Below are positions 1 to 10,700 of a DNA stretch of 64,000 nt, in pieces; within the stretch, counting starts at the first letter, position 1; each line of letters begins with the position of its first letter. The notes below the pieces were generated by a model. It had not been told where the DNA came from, did not search any database, and saw only the letters and a list, made by a program, of their open reading frames with translations. A program made the position numbers and the translations under genes. Source of the stretch: a virus; the IMG/VR virus record IMGVR_UViG_3300009163_000019; one strand, given 5' to 3'.

Positions 1-740
1 CAATCATTAGAATCATCCCAATGTTTTTTCTTTCCTTCTCTTGTATATTCATGCCATATAACAGGCCTATGTGGAGAAAATAAATTATATCCAAAAGTAA
101 AAGCTCTAGCAGCTAAAGAACTTTCTTCTCCATGAAAATATAATTCAGGATCATAAGGAACTTCTATTGGAAATGAACCTAATGTAAAAATAAAATGAGC
201 AGATATAAATCTTGCAGGAAAAGGTTCTTTATGATCTTGCCAATTTGGAATATGGTGAGGAGCTAAAAATATAGCTCCCGCAGGCATGAATCTATCTATA
301 TTTAAACCCCACACTTCATGAACTCTTGCATTCGGATCATTATTAGGAAAATATCCAGGTACATAAGCAGATAATAAAGGTTTTTTATATCCTTTACATT
401 GTAAATAGTGTATATAATCTTTTAAAGTTATATCCCAGTCTTGTAAAAATCTATGATGTGAATCTAATTGTAAATAATATTCCTGATCTGTATAATGTTT
501 TTGAATTTCTGCACGCATCCAACAAACACCTTTAGCTTCTTTATATGGAATATCTAAAATAATAAATCTAGAATCATTTTTATATTCATCTAGATTATCC
601 CAAGTATCTTCTTCTGAATGTTGCCAACCAATACAAATAGTAAAATTTTCTGGATTAACACAATTAGTTAATAAATCTTTTATAGTAGGAAGTAATTCTG
701 GATCTCTATAAGCTGCTATCGAAACAAAAATTCTTGACAT
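1..740 (-). CDS. GT60/Gnt1-like polypeptide alpha-GlcNAc transferase (Pfam GlcNAc-type GT-A fold); runs off the left edge
   Basis: Not in the ORF track. Manual translation from ATG at 740: MSRIFVSIAAYRDPELLPTIKDLL...AKGVCWMRAEIQ...YYLQLDSHHRF...FISAHFIF...VPYDPELYFHGEE...LAARAFTFGYNLFSP...IWHEY. The IFVSIAxYRD, DSH and FxGEE motifs match the Gnt1/GT60 family. Confidence 0.85.
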   Translation of the reverse strand, partial: MSRIFVSIAAYRDPELLPTIKDLLTNCVNPENFTICIGWQHSEEDTWDNLDEYKNDSRFIILDIPYKEAKGVCWMRAEIQKHYTDQEYYLQLDSHHRFLQDWDITLKDYIHYLQCKGYKKPLLSAYVPGYFPNNDPNARVHEVWGLNIDRFMPAGAIFLAPHHIPNWQDHKEPFPARFISAHFIFTLGSFPIEVPYDPELYFHGEESSLAARAFTFGYNLFSPHRPVIWHEYTREGKKKHWDDSND

Positions 741-743
741 AAC

Positions 744-780
744 GTAAATATACAAAATTTATTTGATATAAAAAAATTTA
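744..780 (-). promoter_or_regulatory. Class-I (host-RNAP-like, early/middle) promoter motif
   Basis: The minus strand reads TAAATTTTTTTATATCAA-N10-TATATTTAC. Near-identical copies with the same spacing lie at 22571-22606(-) and 32962-32997(+). Confidence 0.6.
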
Positions 781-782
781 TT

Positions 783-3700
783 TTAACATGGACCTGCGGC
801 TATATTTGCTGTAAATCCTCTAGTAGGTGTTGCAGAATTTACAGCAGCTGTACACGTACCTCCTGCTGTAGGACAAGTACTGTTTGCAGATATACCACAA
901 TTATAAGGACTTCTATCTGCATTATTCACTAATTGAACTAATGCTGAATCACCTGCATTTAATATGAATGAAGCTCTAAATCCGCAAGTAGAAACAGCAA
1001 ATGCGGCTCCTACAGGAGTATAATTAAATCCACCATCTGTTGAATATTCAAATTGAACAAAAGTTGCATTATCACTAGTTTTACCATATAAATTAACAGT
1101 AAATGGACCAGACGTAGACGGAGTTACACTAGGAGTTCTAGTTGGCGTTGGTGATGGTGAAGGACAAGCCGCTATACTTTGAATCAATCCACTACCTCCT
1201 GTTACTGTACCATAATTCGTTCCATTAGAATAGAATCCGTTATTTACTGTATTAGATCCTATTGAATCCATAGCATTTGTTTTATATAGAATCATACCAG
1301 CTTGAAATGCTGAGGTATACGAATAATATGTTGTTAAAGTTTCTGTTGCTGTACATGCAGTTAATCCACTTGATGCATTATAGTATAACGCATAAGAATA
1401 TACTACTCTACTAGGACTAGGAGTATTACTAGGTGTTATACTAGGAGTTATACTAGGTGTTACTGTTCTAGTAGGAGTTATACTAGGAGTTATACTAGGT
1501 GTTTTACTAGGTGTTACTGTTCTAGTAGGAGTTATACTAGGAGTTATACTAGGTGTTACTGTTCTAGTAGGAGTTATACTAGGAGTTACACTAGGTGTTG
1601 TTGATCTAGTAGTACTTACACTAGGAGTCGGTACCGCTGTACAATCTTGAACATTAGTTATATTTCCTGCTCCATCCATTTCAACAGCGTATGTGACACC
1701 ACTTCTAGTAATATAGTGCCATGTAGTTCCTAAATATTTATTAGCCGGATTTAAAGTATCAGTAGTATATATAATGCCTCCTATTGCAGGAACATTATAA
1801 GATGAATTCATCCATACAGGAAGGGACGCTCCAGCATTAGCGCAAGCTAATGTAGATGTTGCGTATGCTGTATTATTAATTAAATATGCAACAGGTGCCG
1901 CAGTAACACTAGGAGTTACGCTAGGAGTTATACTAGGTGTAATACTAGGAGTTCTACTAGGTGTTACGCTAGGAGTGCCGCTAACGCTAATTGACGGAGT
2001 AGGTGCAGGAGTACACGCTATATTTACTGTATATGTATCAGTTTTTGGATCAGCAGGATTATATGTTCCTGTTTCAACTAATAAGTAATATGTTATACTA
2101 TTATTATAAGTAAAATCTAAATATCCAGTAGGTGATCCGAATGTATTAGGCGTTGGAAGGGTTGGACAATCCCAATCAGGCGCGGAATAACAAAAATCAG
2201 ATCCTACCCAACTTGAAGAAACGGCAGTTGCTATGCCATTTTCATAGACTGTAAATCTATTAGGCCTTTCATAAGCTTGATAAAAAAGTGATATTGCACT
2301 TCCATTAGGAGTAGATGAAAAATCTAAACAATAAAATTCCTGATGGTAATCATTACCACTATATCCTCCTGATATAATATCTCCACAATCATTTGGACAT
2401 CCACCTGGACCATATGCCGATCTTGTAGGACTTACAGAAGGTGTATTAGTTGCTGTGGGAGTGGGGGGTGGTGTACAAATAACTCTTATATAATAAGCAT
2501 CTGTTATTCCAATATCCTCACAAATATCAACTATCACATAATATGTTCTTGAACTATTGTATGTAAATGTTGTATCTACAGGGTTTATGTCAATAGGAGT
2601 ACAAGGGGAACTAGGTGCTGATGATGGTGATCCTAACCATCCAGTTGTAAATATCGGTGATGGATTTACGCTATCATACAATGTAAATCTGTCAGGCCTA
2701 TCTCTTCCATCAAATTGTATATATATAGAAGAACCATTTGCCGTAGATGTTAAATCAAGATTTACTTGTTGTTGTGATGCATTATTAGGACTATAAGAAC
2801 CTATATAACTACCTCCACAACTTAATACTGGATTTGGTGTTGTTGAAGGTGTTATAGTAATACTAGGTGTTGTACTAACTGTTATACTAGGTGTTATGCT
2901 AGGAGTTCTACTAGGTGTAATAGTAATACTAGGAGTAATACTAGGAGTAATACTCGGTGTTATGCTAGGTGTTACGCTAGGAGTTCTACTAGGCGTTGCG
3001 GTTACACTAGGTGTTGCAGTTACTGTTGGTGTAACACTTATACTAGGTGTTGCTGTTATACTAGGTGTTGCTGTTACTGTTGGAGTAATAGTTATACTAG
3101 GTGTTATACTAACAGTAATACTAGGTGTTACGCTAGGTGTTATGCTAGGAGTTACACTAGGTGTTATTGATATGCTAGGTGTTACGCTAGGTGTTATGCT
3201 AGGTGATACACTAGGAGTTACACTAATACTGGTAGTAATGCTAGGAGTTATACTAGGAGTTACACTAGGAGTTATACTAATACTGGTAGTGATGCTAGGT
3301 GTTATGCTAGGTGTTACACTAGGTGTTATTGATGTAGTAGTAGTAATGCTAGGAGTTATACTAGGTGTAATACTTGGCGTAATGCTAGGTGTTATACTAG
3401 GGGTAACTGTTGCTGTTACACTAGTAGTAATACTAGGAGTTATACTAGGTGTTACGCTAACAGATATACTAGGAGTTATACTTGGAGTTACACTAGTAGT
3501 AATACTAGGAGTTACGCTAGGTGTTATGCTAGGAGTTACTGATATACTAGGTGTTACACTAGGAGTCATTGTTATAGTTACACCTGGTGTTGATGTTGGA
3601 CTAGCTGTCAAAGTTATAGTAGGAGTAATACTTATGCTAGGTGTTGCTGTTACTGTTGGCGTAATAGTTATACTAGGCGTTGCTGTTACACTAGGTGTTG

Positions 3701-4748
3701 CAGTTATACTAGGTGTAATACTAATACTAGGCGTTGCTGTTACACTAGGCGTTGCTGTTACACTAGGTGTAATACTTATGCTAGGTGTAGATGTTACAGT
3801 TGGTGTAATAGTTATACTAGGCGTTGCTGTTAAACTAGGTGTAATACTTATACTAGGTGTAGATGTTACAGTTGGCGTAATAGATATACTAGGCGTTGCT
3901 GTTACACTAGGCGTTGCTGTTACACTAGGTGTAATACTTATGCTAGGTGTTACACTAGGAGTCATTGTTATAGTTACACCTGGTGTTGATGTTGGGCTAG
4001 CTGTCAAAGTTATAGTAGGTGTAATACTTATGCTAGGTGTAATAGTTACTGTCGGGGTAATAGTTACACTAGGTGTTGCTGTTACAGTTGGTGTAATAGT
4101 TATACTAGGCGTTGCTGTTACACTAGGTGTAGGTGTTACCGTTGGTGTAATAGTTATACTAGGAGTCGCAGTCATACTAGGTGTTGTTGTTACTGTTGGA
4201 CTAATACTTACACTAGGTGTTGCGGTTACTGTTGGAGTAATACTTATACTAGGTGTTGCAGATACTGTTGGACTAATACTTACACTAGGTGTAGATGTTA
4301 CCGTTGGTGTAATAGTTATACTAGGTGTTGCTGTTACAGTTGGTGTTATGCTAGGAGTTACACTAGGTGTTATTGATATAGTAGTAGTAATACTAGGAGT
4401 TATACTAGGTGTAATACTAGGAGTTACGGTAACAGATATACTAGGAGTTATACTAACAGTTATACTAGGTGTAATACTCGGTGTTATAGAAACAGTAACA
4501 GATGGAGTAGGACTCGGAGCAACTATATATCTAATTACTTGATTATTACCTGAACAAAATTCTTGATTTATTAATTTTACATAAACACTATTATCATTTA
4601 TAGTTACTGTATAACCTGCTAATAAAGTATCAATTGAAACATTTGCCTGGATTAATACATCTGGACCACTATAACTTGTACCGTAATACAAATTAAACGG
4701 CCCTACCGAATCTCCATATGTACTTCCTAATGTTATTAATACTTGCAT
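783..4748 (-). CDS. Mucin-like Thr/Pro/Ser-rich putative virion protein with Cys-bracketed beta-rich domains
   Basis: About 560 aa of TPS[IV]/TPT[VI] repeats plus shorter TPS linkers that separate two pairs of repeated globular domains. No obvious signal peptide. Last gene of the baseplate operon. Confidence 0.7.
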   Translation of the reverse strand: MQVLITLGSTYGDSVGPFNLYYGTSYSGPDVLIQANVSIDTLLAGYTVTINDNSVYVKLINQEFCSGNNQVIRYIVAPSPTPSVTVSITPSITPSITVSITPSISVTVTPSITPSITPSITTTISITPSVTPSITPTVTATPSITITPTVTSTPSVSISPTVSATPSISITPTVTATPSVSISPTVTTTPSMTATPSITITPTVTPTPSVTATPSITITPTVTATPSVTITPTVTITPSISITPTITLTASPTSTPGVTITMTPSVTPSISITPSVTATPSVTATPSISITPTVTSTPSISITPSLTATPSITITPTVTSTPSISITPSVTATPSVTATPSISITPSITATPSVTATPSITITPTVTATPSISITPTITLTASPTSTPGVTITMTPSVTPSISVTPSITPSVTPSITTSVTPSITPSISVSVTPSITPSITTSVTATVTPSITPSITPSITPSITPSITTTTSITPSVTPSITPSITTSISITPSVTPSITPSITTSISVTPSVSPSITPSVTPSISITPSVTPSITPSVTPSITVSITPSITITPTVTATPSITATPSISVTPTVTATPSVTATPSRTPSVTPSITPSITPSITPSITITPSRTPSITPSITVSTTPSITITPSTTPNPVLSCGGSYIGSYSPNNASQQQVNLDLTSTANGSSIYIQFDGRDRPDRFTLYDSVNPSPIFTTGWLGSPSSAPSSPCTPIDINPVDTTFTYNSSRTYYVIVDICEDIGITDAYYIRVICTPPPTPTATNTPSVSPTRSAYGPGGCPNDCGDIISGGYSGNDYHQEFYCLDFSSTPNGSAISLFYQAYERPNRFTVYENGIATAVSSSWVGSDFCYSAPDWDCPTLPTPNTFGSPTGYLDFTYNNSITYYLLVETGTYNPADPKTDTYTVNIACTPAPTPSISVSGTPSVTPSRTPSITPSITPSVTPSVTAAPVAYLINNTAYATSTLACANAGASLPVWMNSSYNVPAIGGIIYTTDTLNPANKYLGTTWHYITRSGVTYAVEMDGAGNITNVQDCTAVPTPSVSTTRSTTPSVTPSITPTRTVTPSITPSITPTRTVTPSKTPSITPSITPTRTVTPSITPSITPSNTPSPSRVVYSYALYYNASSGLTACTATETLTTYYSYTSAFQAGMILYKTNAMDSIGSNTVNNGFYSNGTNYGTVTGGSGLIQSIAACPSPSPTPTRTPSVTPSTSGPFTVNLYGKTSDNATFVQFEYSTDGGFNYTPVGAAFAVSTCGFRASFILNAGDSALVQLVNNADRSPYNCGISANSTCPTAGGTCTAAVNSATPTRGFTANIAAGPC
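1405..1635 (-). repeat. Second TPS coding repeat (TPSITPSITPTRTV units)
   Basis: ctaggtgttactgttctagtaggagttatactaggagtta occurs 3 times. Confidence 0.9.
2836..4520 (-). repeat. Degenerate 12/18-bp coding tandem repeat (TPSI/TPSVTA), including a ~95-bp near-identical duplication at ~3551 and ~3947
   Basis: ctaggtgt/ctaggagt units are visible throughout. The peptide TPTITLTASPTSTPGVTITMTPSVTPSIS occurs twice. Confidence 0.95.
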
Positions 4749-4769
4749 TTAATTTAAATACTTTTTTTA

Positions 4770-6032
4770 TTATAGTATATTGCTACATTGATTATATCCT
4801 GTTATTCTATATACTTTTCCATTTACTGTAATATCTTGTGGACTAGATGTTATATTAGTTCCATTTAATGATAATACAGAAGGTTTCCAACTATTTGCCG
4901 TGTAAATTCCAGATCCATTATCGCATATAGGATTACTATCATAAAATTGAGGATATGCAGATCCTGAAGGTATAAATAATTCAGTACTTAATGAATTATA
5001 GAATACATCAGTTCTAAATATACAGGCTCCTAAATTAGTTCCATTACAACTTGTACCTGTGTATTTTATTATTTGTCCTGTTATAGTTAAATCGTCAGCT
5101 ATAGATCCAGAAGTTATTTCTCCTGTAACCTTGACATCACCAGATCCATTATTAAATCCATAAACTAATATTTTAGCTTGTATAATAGAATTAGAAGTTG
5201 ATGGTGTTACTGTTACAGTAGGAGTTTGTGTTACTGTTGGTGTTATAGTTATACTTGGCGTTATACTAGGGGTTATACTAACAGTTGTACTTGGTGTTTT
5301 ACTAACTGTCTTACTAGGTGTCTTACTAGGAGTTGTAGTTTTAGTTGGTGTTATACTAGGAGTAATACTCGGTGTTTTACTTGGTGTTACAGTAGGTGTT
5401 TGAGTAAGTCCTGGTGTTATAGAAATTGTTACACTTGGACTAGGAGACGCAGCTATTATTGTAGATAGTGTAAAATCAAAACTAGGATCTGCTACTAAAC
5501 ATACATAATCTTCATTTGTAAATGTAATAATTCCTTGTGCATATAAAACATTTCCTACATGAACATTATTATTAAATGTGTCTACTATATTACCATTACC
5601 ATCATCTATAATATTATAACTAGTTCCATCAGTAGAAGCAATATTAACTGTTCTTCTACTCATTTGTTCTCCAAACTGTCTTGATGGAATTGCAAAAAAT
5701 CCTATATTACTTCCAGTAGCAGAAGGAAAATATCGATTATCATCATCTAAACTACCCGATGCTCCTGTAGATTGTATAGAAGGATCCCAATAAGAAGCGG
5801 ATCCTATAATAGATCCAGTTATATAATTTTGATAATAAAGTTGCTTTATTACAGCATACTTATTTCTCTTAATAAAGGGTAACCCAGGAGAAGGTGAAAC
5901 TATATTCGTACCCCTATTAGTAGTTATTCCGTAGTCCAGTAAAGACTGACTCGCATAGGTAGCAGAATATTTTACTTTTATAGGAGCCGAAGATATATCC
6001 GATTTTTTTATGGTATTCTTCGATCTGCTCAT
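4770..6032 (-). CDS. Baseplate/tail-associated structural protein with a TPS-rich linker
   Basis: Has IIDDGNGNIVD..VGNVLYAQGII, a motif related to the neighbouring ORF, plus an ~85-aa TPS linker. Operon context. Confidence 0.55.
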   Translation of the reverse strand: MSRSKNTIKKSDISSAPIKVKYSATYASQSLLDYGITTNRGTNIVSPSPGLPFIKRNKYAVIKQLYYQNYITGSIIGSASYWDPSIQSTGASGSLDDDNRYFPSATGSNIGFFAIPSRQFGEQMSRRTVNIASTDGTSYNIIDDGNGNIVDTFNNNVHVGNVLYAQGIITFTNEDYVCLVADPSFDFTLSTIIAASPSPSVTISITPGLTQTPTVTPSKTPSITPSITPTKTTTPSKTPSKTVSKTPSTTVSITPSITPSITITPTVTQTPTVTVTPSTSNSIIQAKILVYGFNNGSGDVKVTGEITSGSIADDLTITGQIIKYTGTSCNGTNLGACIFRTDVFYNSLSTELFIPSGSAYPQFYDSNPICDNGSGIYTANSWKPSVLSLNGTNITSSPQDITVNGKVYRITGYNQCSNIL

Positions 6033-6038
6033 TTAATT

Positions 6039-7070
6039 TTACCAATCTAATTTTACTCTAATTAAAGCCTCTTTAGTAAAGTCTTTTGTCAAAGGTTTAG
6101 ATAATTTAGCTACTGCTACTAATTCATTATTATCATTATACATACCTACAGATGTTGGAAATGTCTGTGGACTATTAATAAAGTTTGAGTATATTAATGT
6201 ACCAGATCCTGATATAAATGAAGGATTGGTTGTATAATTATATTCTCCATTTTTAATTCTTACAAAAATATAATCAGAAGATATAGTTTCTTGAGAATTT
6301 AATTGGAAATAAGCGCCTCTATTAATTGCTTGGAAAATAAGTTCTTGATTTGCATTAGCCGCTTGAGCAGTTGCTGCAGTACTTAAAGTATATCCTAATC
6401 CACCTGCATTTGCCGGTAAGCTAATAGCCTTTGGATTTAAAACAATTAATCCAAGATCTGGGAGCATTAAACCATAACTACCTGAGGCAGTATATCCTTT
6501 AGCAGAAGCTCCTGATAATAGTGGACTATTTACAGCACTACCATTAGAACCTGAGATAATATCATAAACTCTTCCACCATCTACATAATTAACGATACTA
6601 ACATCATTAGAATTATCTGTAAGAGTTAAAACATTTGTTCCATTACTAAGTCTTAGATTAAAAGTACCAGGGAAAAGACTCTCTTTATACTTATTTCTAT
6701 CAACAGGAATTGCAATTAAATCAATTGAAGAGGTATTACCAGCTCCAAAATTTACAGCGCTTTCTGCATCTCCATAAATTAAATTTCTATACTGACCAAA
6801 AGTAATTCTTGTCGGAGTATTTGCTAAAACTAAATTATTAAGAGGAGCAGATCCTGATCCTAAAGCATGTCCGTAAGCAAATGAAAATTGTATAGAAGAA
6901 GTAGTTGCTGTTACTGGCGCATTATATACATCTAAGTAATTGCTTCCAGTATTTGCTGCTGATGCTGTATAAAATGAAGATAATATAGTAGCACCATTAC
7001 TCCAAGCCGGGGCTGTAACGGAATCAGATGATACTACAAAATCTGTTGGGTCTAATCTTGTAAATGACAT
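6039..7070 (-). CDS. Baseplate/tail-collar-like structural protein
   Basis: The C-terminal TSVGMYNDNNELVAVAKLSKP...IRVKLDW resembles the E/SVGL(F/Y)D..G.L(I/V)AVA motif of tail-collar/fibre-attachment domains. Confidence 0.55.
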   Translation of the reverse strand: MSFTRLDPTDFVVSSDSVTAPAWSNGATILSSFYTASAANTGSNYLDVYNAPVTATTSSIQFSFAYGHALGSGSAPLNNLVLANTPTRITFGQYRNLIYGDAESAVNFGAGNTSSIDLIAIPVDRNKYKESLFPGTFNLRLSNGTNVLTLTDNSNDVSIVNYVDGGRVYDIISGSNGSAVNSPLLSGASAKGYTASGSYGLMLPDLGLIVLNPKAISLPANAGGLGYTLSTAATAQAANANQELIFQAINRGAYFQLNSQETISSDYIFVRIKNGEYNYTTNPSFISGSGTLIYSNFINSPQTFPTSVGMYNDNNELVAVAKLSKPLTKDFTKEALIRVKLDW

Positions 7071-7081
7071 ATCTTATTTTA

Positions 7082-7741
7082 TTATTGATTTACTTTTGTA
7101 ATAGTTACAGGAATACTAATTCTAGCACCAGAATCACGACCAACAACAATCAGTGTTGTATATAATGAAGTATTAGCTCCAAATAATGTATTAACAGTAG
7201 TTGCACTTATGTTAATAGTTGTTCCAATTACTGTTTTACTTACATTCGTACCAATAGTTGCGGTAGAATTTAAACTAGTTGCTTCAGCAGTATTAATACC
7301 GACTCCATTAAATGAACTCATAGTTCTAACATCACCAATAGTAGCCACATATCCTGATTGCTCAAATGTAGATGTAGCTCCTAAATAGTTTAAAGTCTGT
7401 GGAGTTATAGAAAGAGAAGCACCTTGGCGAATAACAATTGCGGTATATCCAAGATCTAGTACAGGTATTTTAGCTGTTCCTCTAGGAAGCGTAATTAACT
7501 TATACTTCATTATTTCTGTATCATTAGGATATGCTTGAAGTATTGGCATGGCTTCTATAGCCTCACCATAAAAAGCAGATCCAGAAGGATGATTTGGATT
7601 ATATAAAGTGTAATCTATCTCGTCATCAGCTAAAGAGAATTGAGTAATTCTAAATGATCCATCATTACGAGCTAAAAGCTCTCTACCTTTCTTAGTTAGG
7701 ATGGCATCAACAATTACTGAGGAATTTTGTAAATATGACAT
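7082..7741 (-). CDS. Baseplate/tail-collar-like structural protein
   Basis: The N-terminal AILTKKGRELLA...FRITQFSLADDEIDY resembles the start of tail-collar domains. Confidence 0.5.
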   Translation of the reverse strand: MSYLQNSSVIVDAILTKKGRELLARNDGSFRITQFSLADDEIDYTLYNPNHPSGSAFYGEAIEAMPILQAYPNDTEIMKYKLITLPRGTAKIPVLDLGYTAIVIRQGASLSITPQTLNYLGATSTFEQSGYVATIGDVRTMSSFNGVGINTAEATSLNSTATIGTNVSKTVIGTTINISATTVNTLFGANTSLYTTLIVVGRDSGARISIPVTITKVNQ

Positions 7742-7781
7742 AAAAAATGGGCTTTTAAATAAATATATCTAATTTTGTTTT

Positions 7782-10700
7782 TTATTGTATTAAATTCTGC
7801 TGTTTTAAAGCTTTTACTGTATTACCAGCATTTGCTTGAACAACTTCATCTATATATTGAGGAAATAATAAACCATTTTCAACTAAAGTAGAATCTTTTG
7901 GATTATATCTAAGCATAACATTAGTTTCGTCAGGTAGATGTTTCCATACAACATACCTACACGCACGGAATGGTGAACCAGTAAAGGCATCTATAGGAAC
8001 TCCGGAACCAGAGGATAGAAGTGCTCCATCTATAGACCTGTCTACTTCAGCTATTAATCTAGATCCAGTAACGCCAGATCCTGTAAATATAATATTTTTT
8101 ATACTATATTCAAATCTTTCATCCCAACCAAGAGAGGATGTATTATATAGAGATATTCTATCTCCAACATTTAAAGTAAATGGAGTTATCACCCTTTCTA
8201 ATGGAGATGTACTCCAGTAATCATCAGAAGTTGAATTATATACCAATCCATAATCATAATAATATGCTATAGCCGAATCAAATACTATTTGTTTAGATTG
8301 AGATAAATAATATAAACAGTTTTGAGATGCACTAACATTAGTAGTTAAAATAGTAGTAGTAAAAGTTGTACCACCTCCGCCTCCTCCTCGTTGCTCAATG
8401 CCATCAATATATTTTGTACATGTCCGACTAAATCCAGAGTTTGACCATCTAGCATTTGGATCAGTTTCTAGACTACATCCACTACCTAATCCAGAGGGTG
8501 TTAATACACTTGTATCACTAGCAATTGTTGTTCCGTCCGATGTTTGCCCAGTATTAATACTTAATACTCTTTCTGTTAATGTTCCGCATGTACCATTTGA
8601 ACTCATAGCAGCCATAATATACACATAAACATCAAAAGTCACAGCTTGAGGAGTAGACGCTCCATTAGGATGGTATGAGGCACTTACGCCGGAAAAATAA
8701 ATAGATTCAGAACCATTGTCTTGTTCGCAAACATAGTATCCTACTCTCCAGTTACTAGATTTTAATTCAGGAGAATTAGGATCTATACCACCGCCGCTAC
8801 TACCTTGTATTATTATTGGTATTGGAGTATCTAAACTAAATGATTGTGTTGTAGTAGATCTAGAACCACTTACTTGATGTAGTATTGGTAAATATCTAAA
8901 TCCGCCTTCATATATTGTGGTAGTAGGATTATTTACTAGTTGCTGAGAAAATGGATTTCTTTCATCATATTCAAATAGGGAGATATTTGAAGTCTCTCCT
9001 GATTTATATATATTCTGAACAGAAAATATGTTATTATTTGCTTTAGTAAGATCTAATACATTTTGATTATTATCAATAACATATTTTATTTGTGCATTAG
9101 ATCTTTTCGGTAAAAACATAGATGATGAATAGATATCAACTAAATAAGCGTATTGATATTTTATCTTATCTATTGCAGCTGTTTTACCATAAGAATCATC
9201 TCCTACTGTATAAGTTGTATAAGTTGCACTCACAGTTTGTGATCCTTTATATCTAGGAAGTATAGATCTTTCTAAAAAGTAATTATAATCCTGAACATAA
9301 GCATATGGGCTCATAGGATTTGTATAATCCGCATAATTATTTATCTGTGAATTATTTAGAGATCCTGTTATTATATTAAAATTAACAGGCTTTGATTGAT
9401 CTGCCGTGTAGTCTAGATCTAATAAATAAAGAGACCTTACAGAACTAGTAACATTTTGATATAGAGCTCCTCTAGAAACAGTAACAACACCTGATGATGT
9501 TGCAGGAAGATTTGAATTTTCTGATTGATCAAAAGCATCTCCAGTAGTAACTACTATTTCTGATCCTGCTAATTCTCCTGTATATTGTTCATAGTTTTGA
9601 GAACTAGTATAAGCAACATTACCTAAAGGTGTAGTAATTAAGCCTGTCCAATAAGTAGATCCAGATAGCGCGCCTCCTGTAGATCCTTCTACATAAAGCA
9701 TATCTATAGATTGTGAATAGTTCATATTAAGACTCATGCTAGGCTCATATCTTGCATACTTATTCCTTTCTAGCATATGAGATTTTACAATTATACCTGT
9801 AGATAGATTTGCTCTAGCAGGTACAAAGTCTTTAATCATTTTGAATAAAGAGTTATTGTAAAATTTAATTAATCTTATATATTCCCAAACACTACTAGGT
9901 TGTGTATAGTTTGCAAAATAGGCATTACTTGCACTAACTAGTGGCGCATATGATGATGATTGTTGATATCCTGGGCTTCCTATTAATTGATTAATATCAA
10001 AAAATCCTTGAGATGCAGTTATATTTGTATTAATAGTATCTGCTGGTGAAAATCCTACTTCAATATTTGTACTATTAACTCTATGATCTTTATCATAAAA
10101 TTGTAAAGTAGCATAAGGTGAAAGTAATGATGAGGATAAAGCTAAGCTGCCAGATACATTCCCATTACTTCCAGTAGAAATATTTATTTTGTAATCCGTT
10201 GTATCTAAATCAAATGCGCCATCAACAGAATCAATTGGATTACCACCAAATTCTCTAACGGTTAAAATTTCTTCAGGAATACCAAAAGTACTGATTAGGG
10301 CTTTTATACCTCTTTGTGTACCTTTTGTTTTAAGTAAATACGGTAAGTTATGATATAATCTTTTATATAATTCATCTTGAATAGTAGCCGCAGGAAGTGT
10401 AGTTAAACTTGAAGTAACATAATTGGTTATAAGTTCAGATCCAGTTGGAGGCAATAATCCACCATCAGTATTAATACCAAACAACGTATAGTACAGGTTA
10501 TCAGATACATTTGAATTAGTATATAATTGCATTCCAAAACCCTTTAGAGCGTCAGAAACAATGTCTAATGATATACCAGTATCAGGATTATTAGTTGCAT
10601 TATATCGATTAGAAAGGTCTTTATAATATATCCAAATATTATCAAAATGCTGTCCTATCATATCTAGGAAAGTAATATATGGAGTATTACTAGAATCATC

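Noticed and set aside
1405-4520. Possible CRISPR array or non-coding satellite
   Set aside because: The repeats are in-frame, degenerate at third codon positions, and have no unique spacers.
2896-4542. 548-aa hydrophobic + strand ORF (LGVI repeats)
   Set aside because: Antisense shadow of the TPS repeat, whose codons lack stops on the opposite strand. It spans only the repeat.
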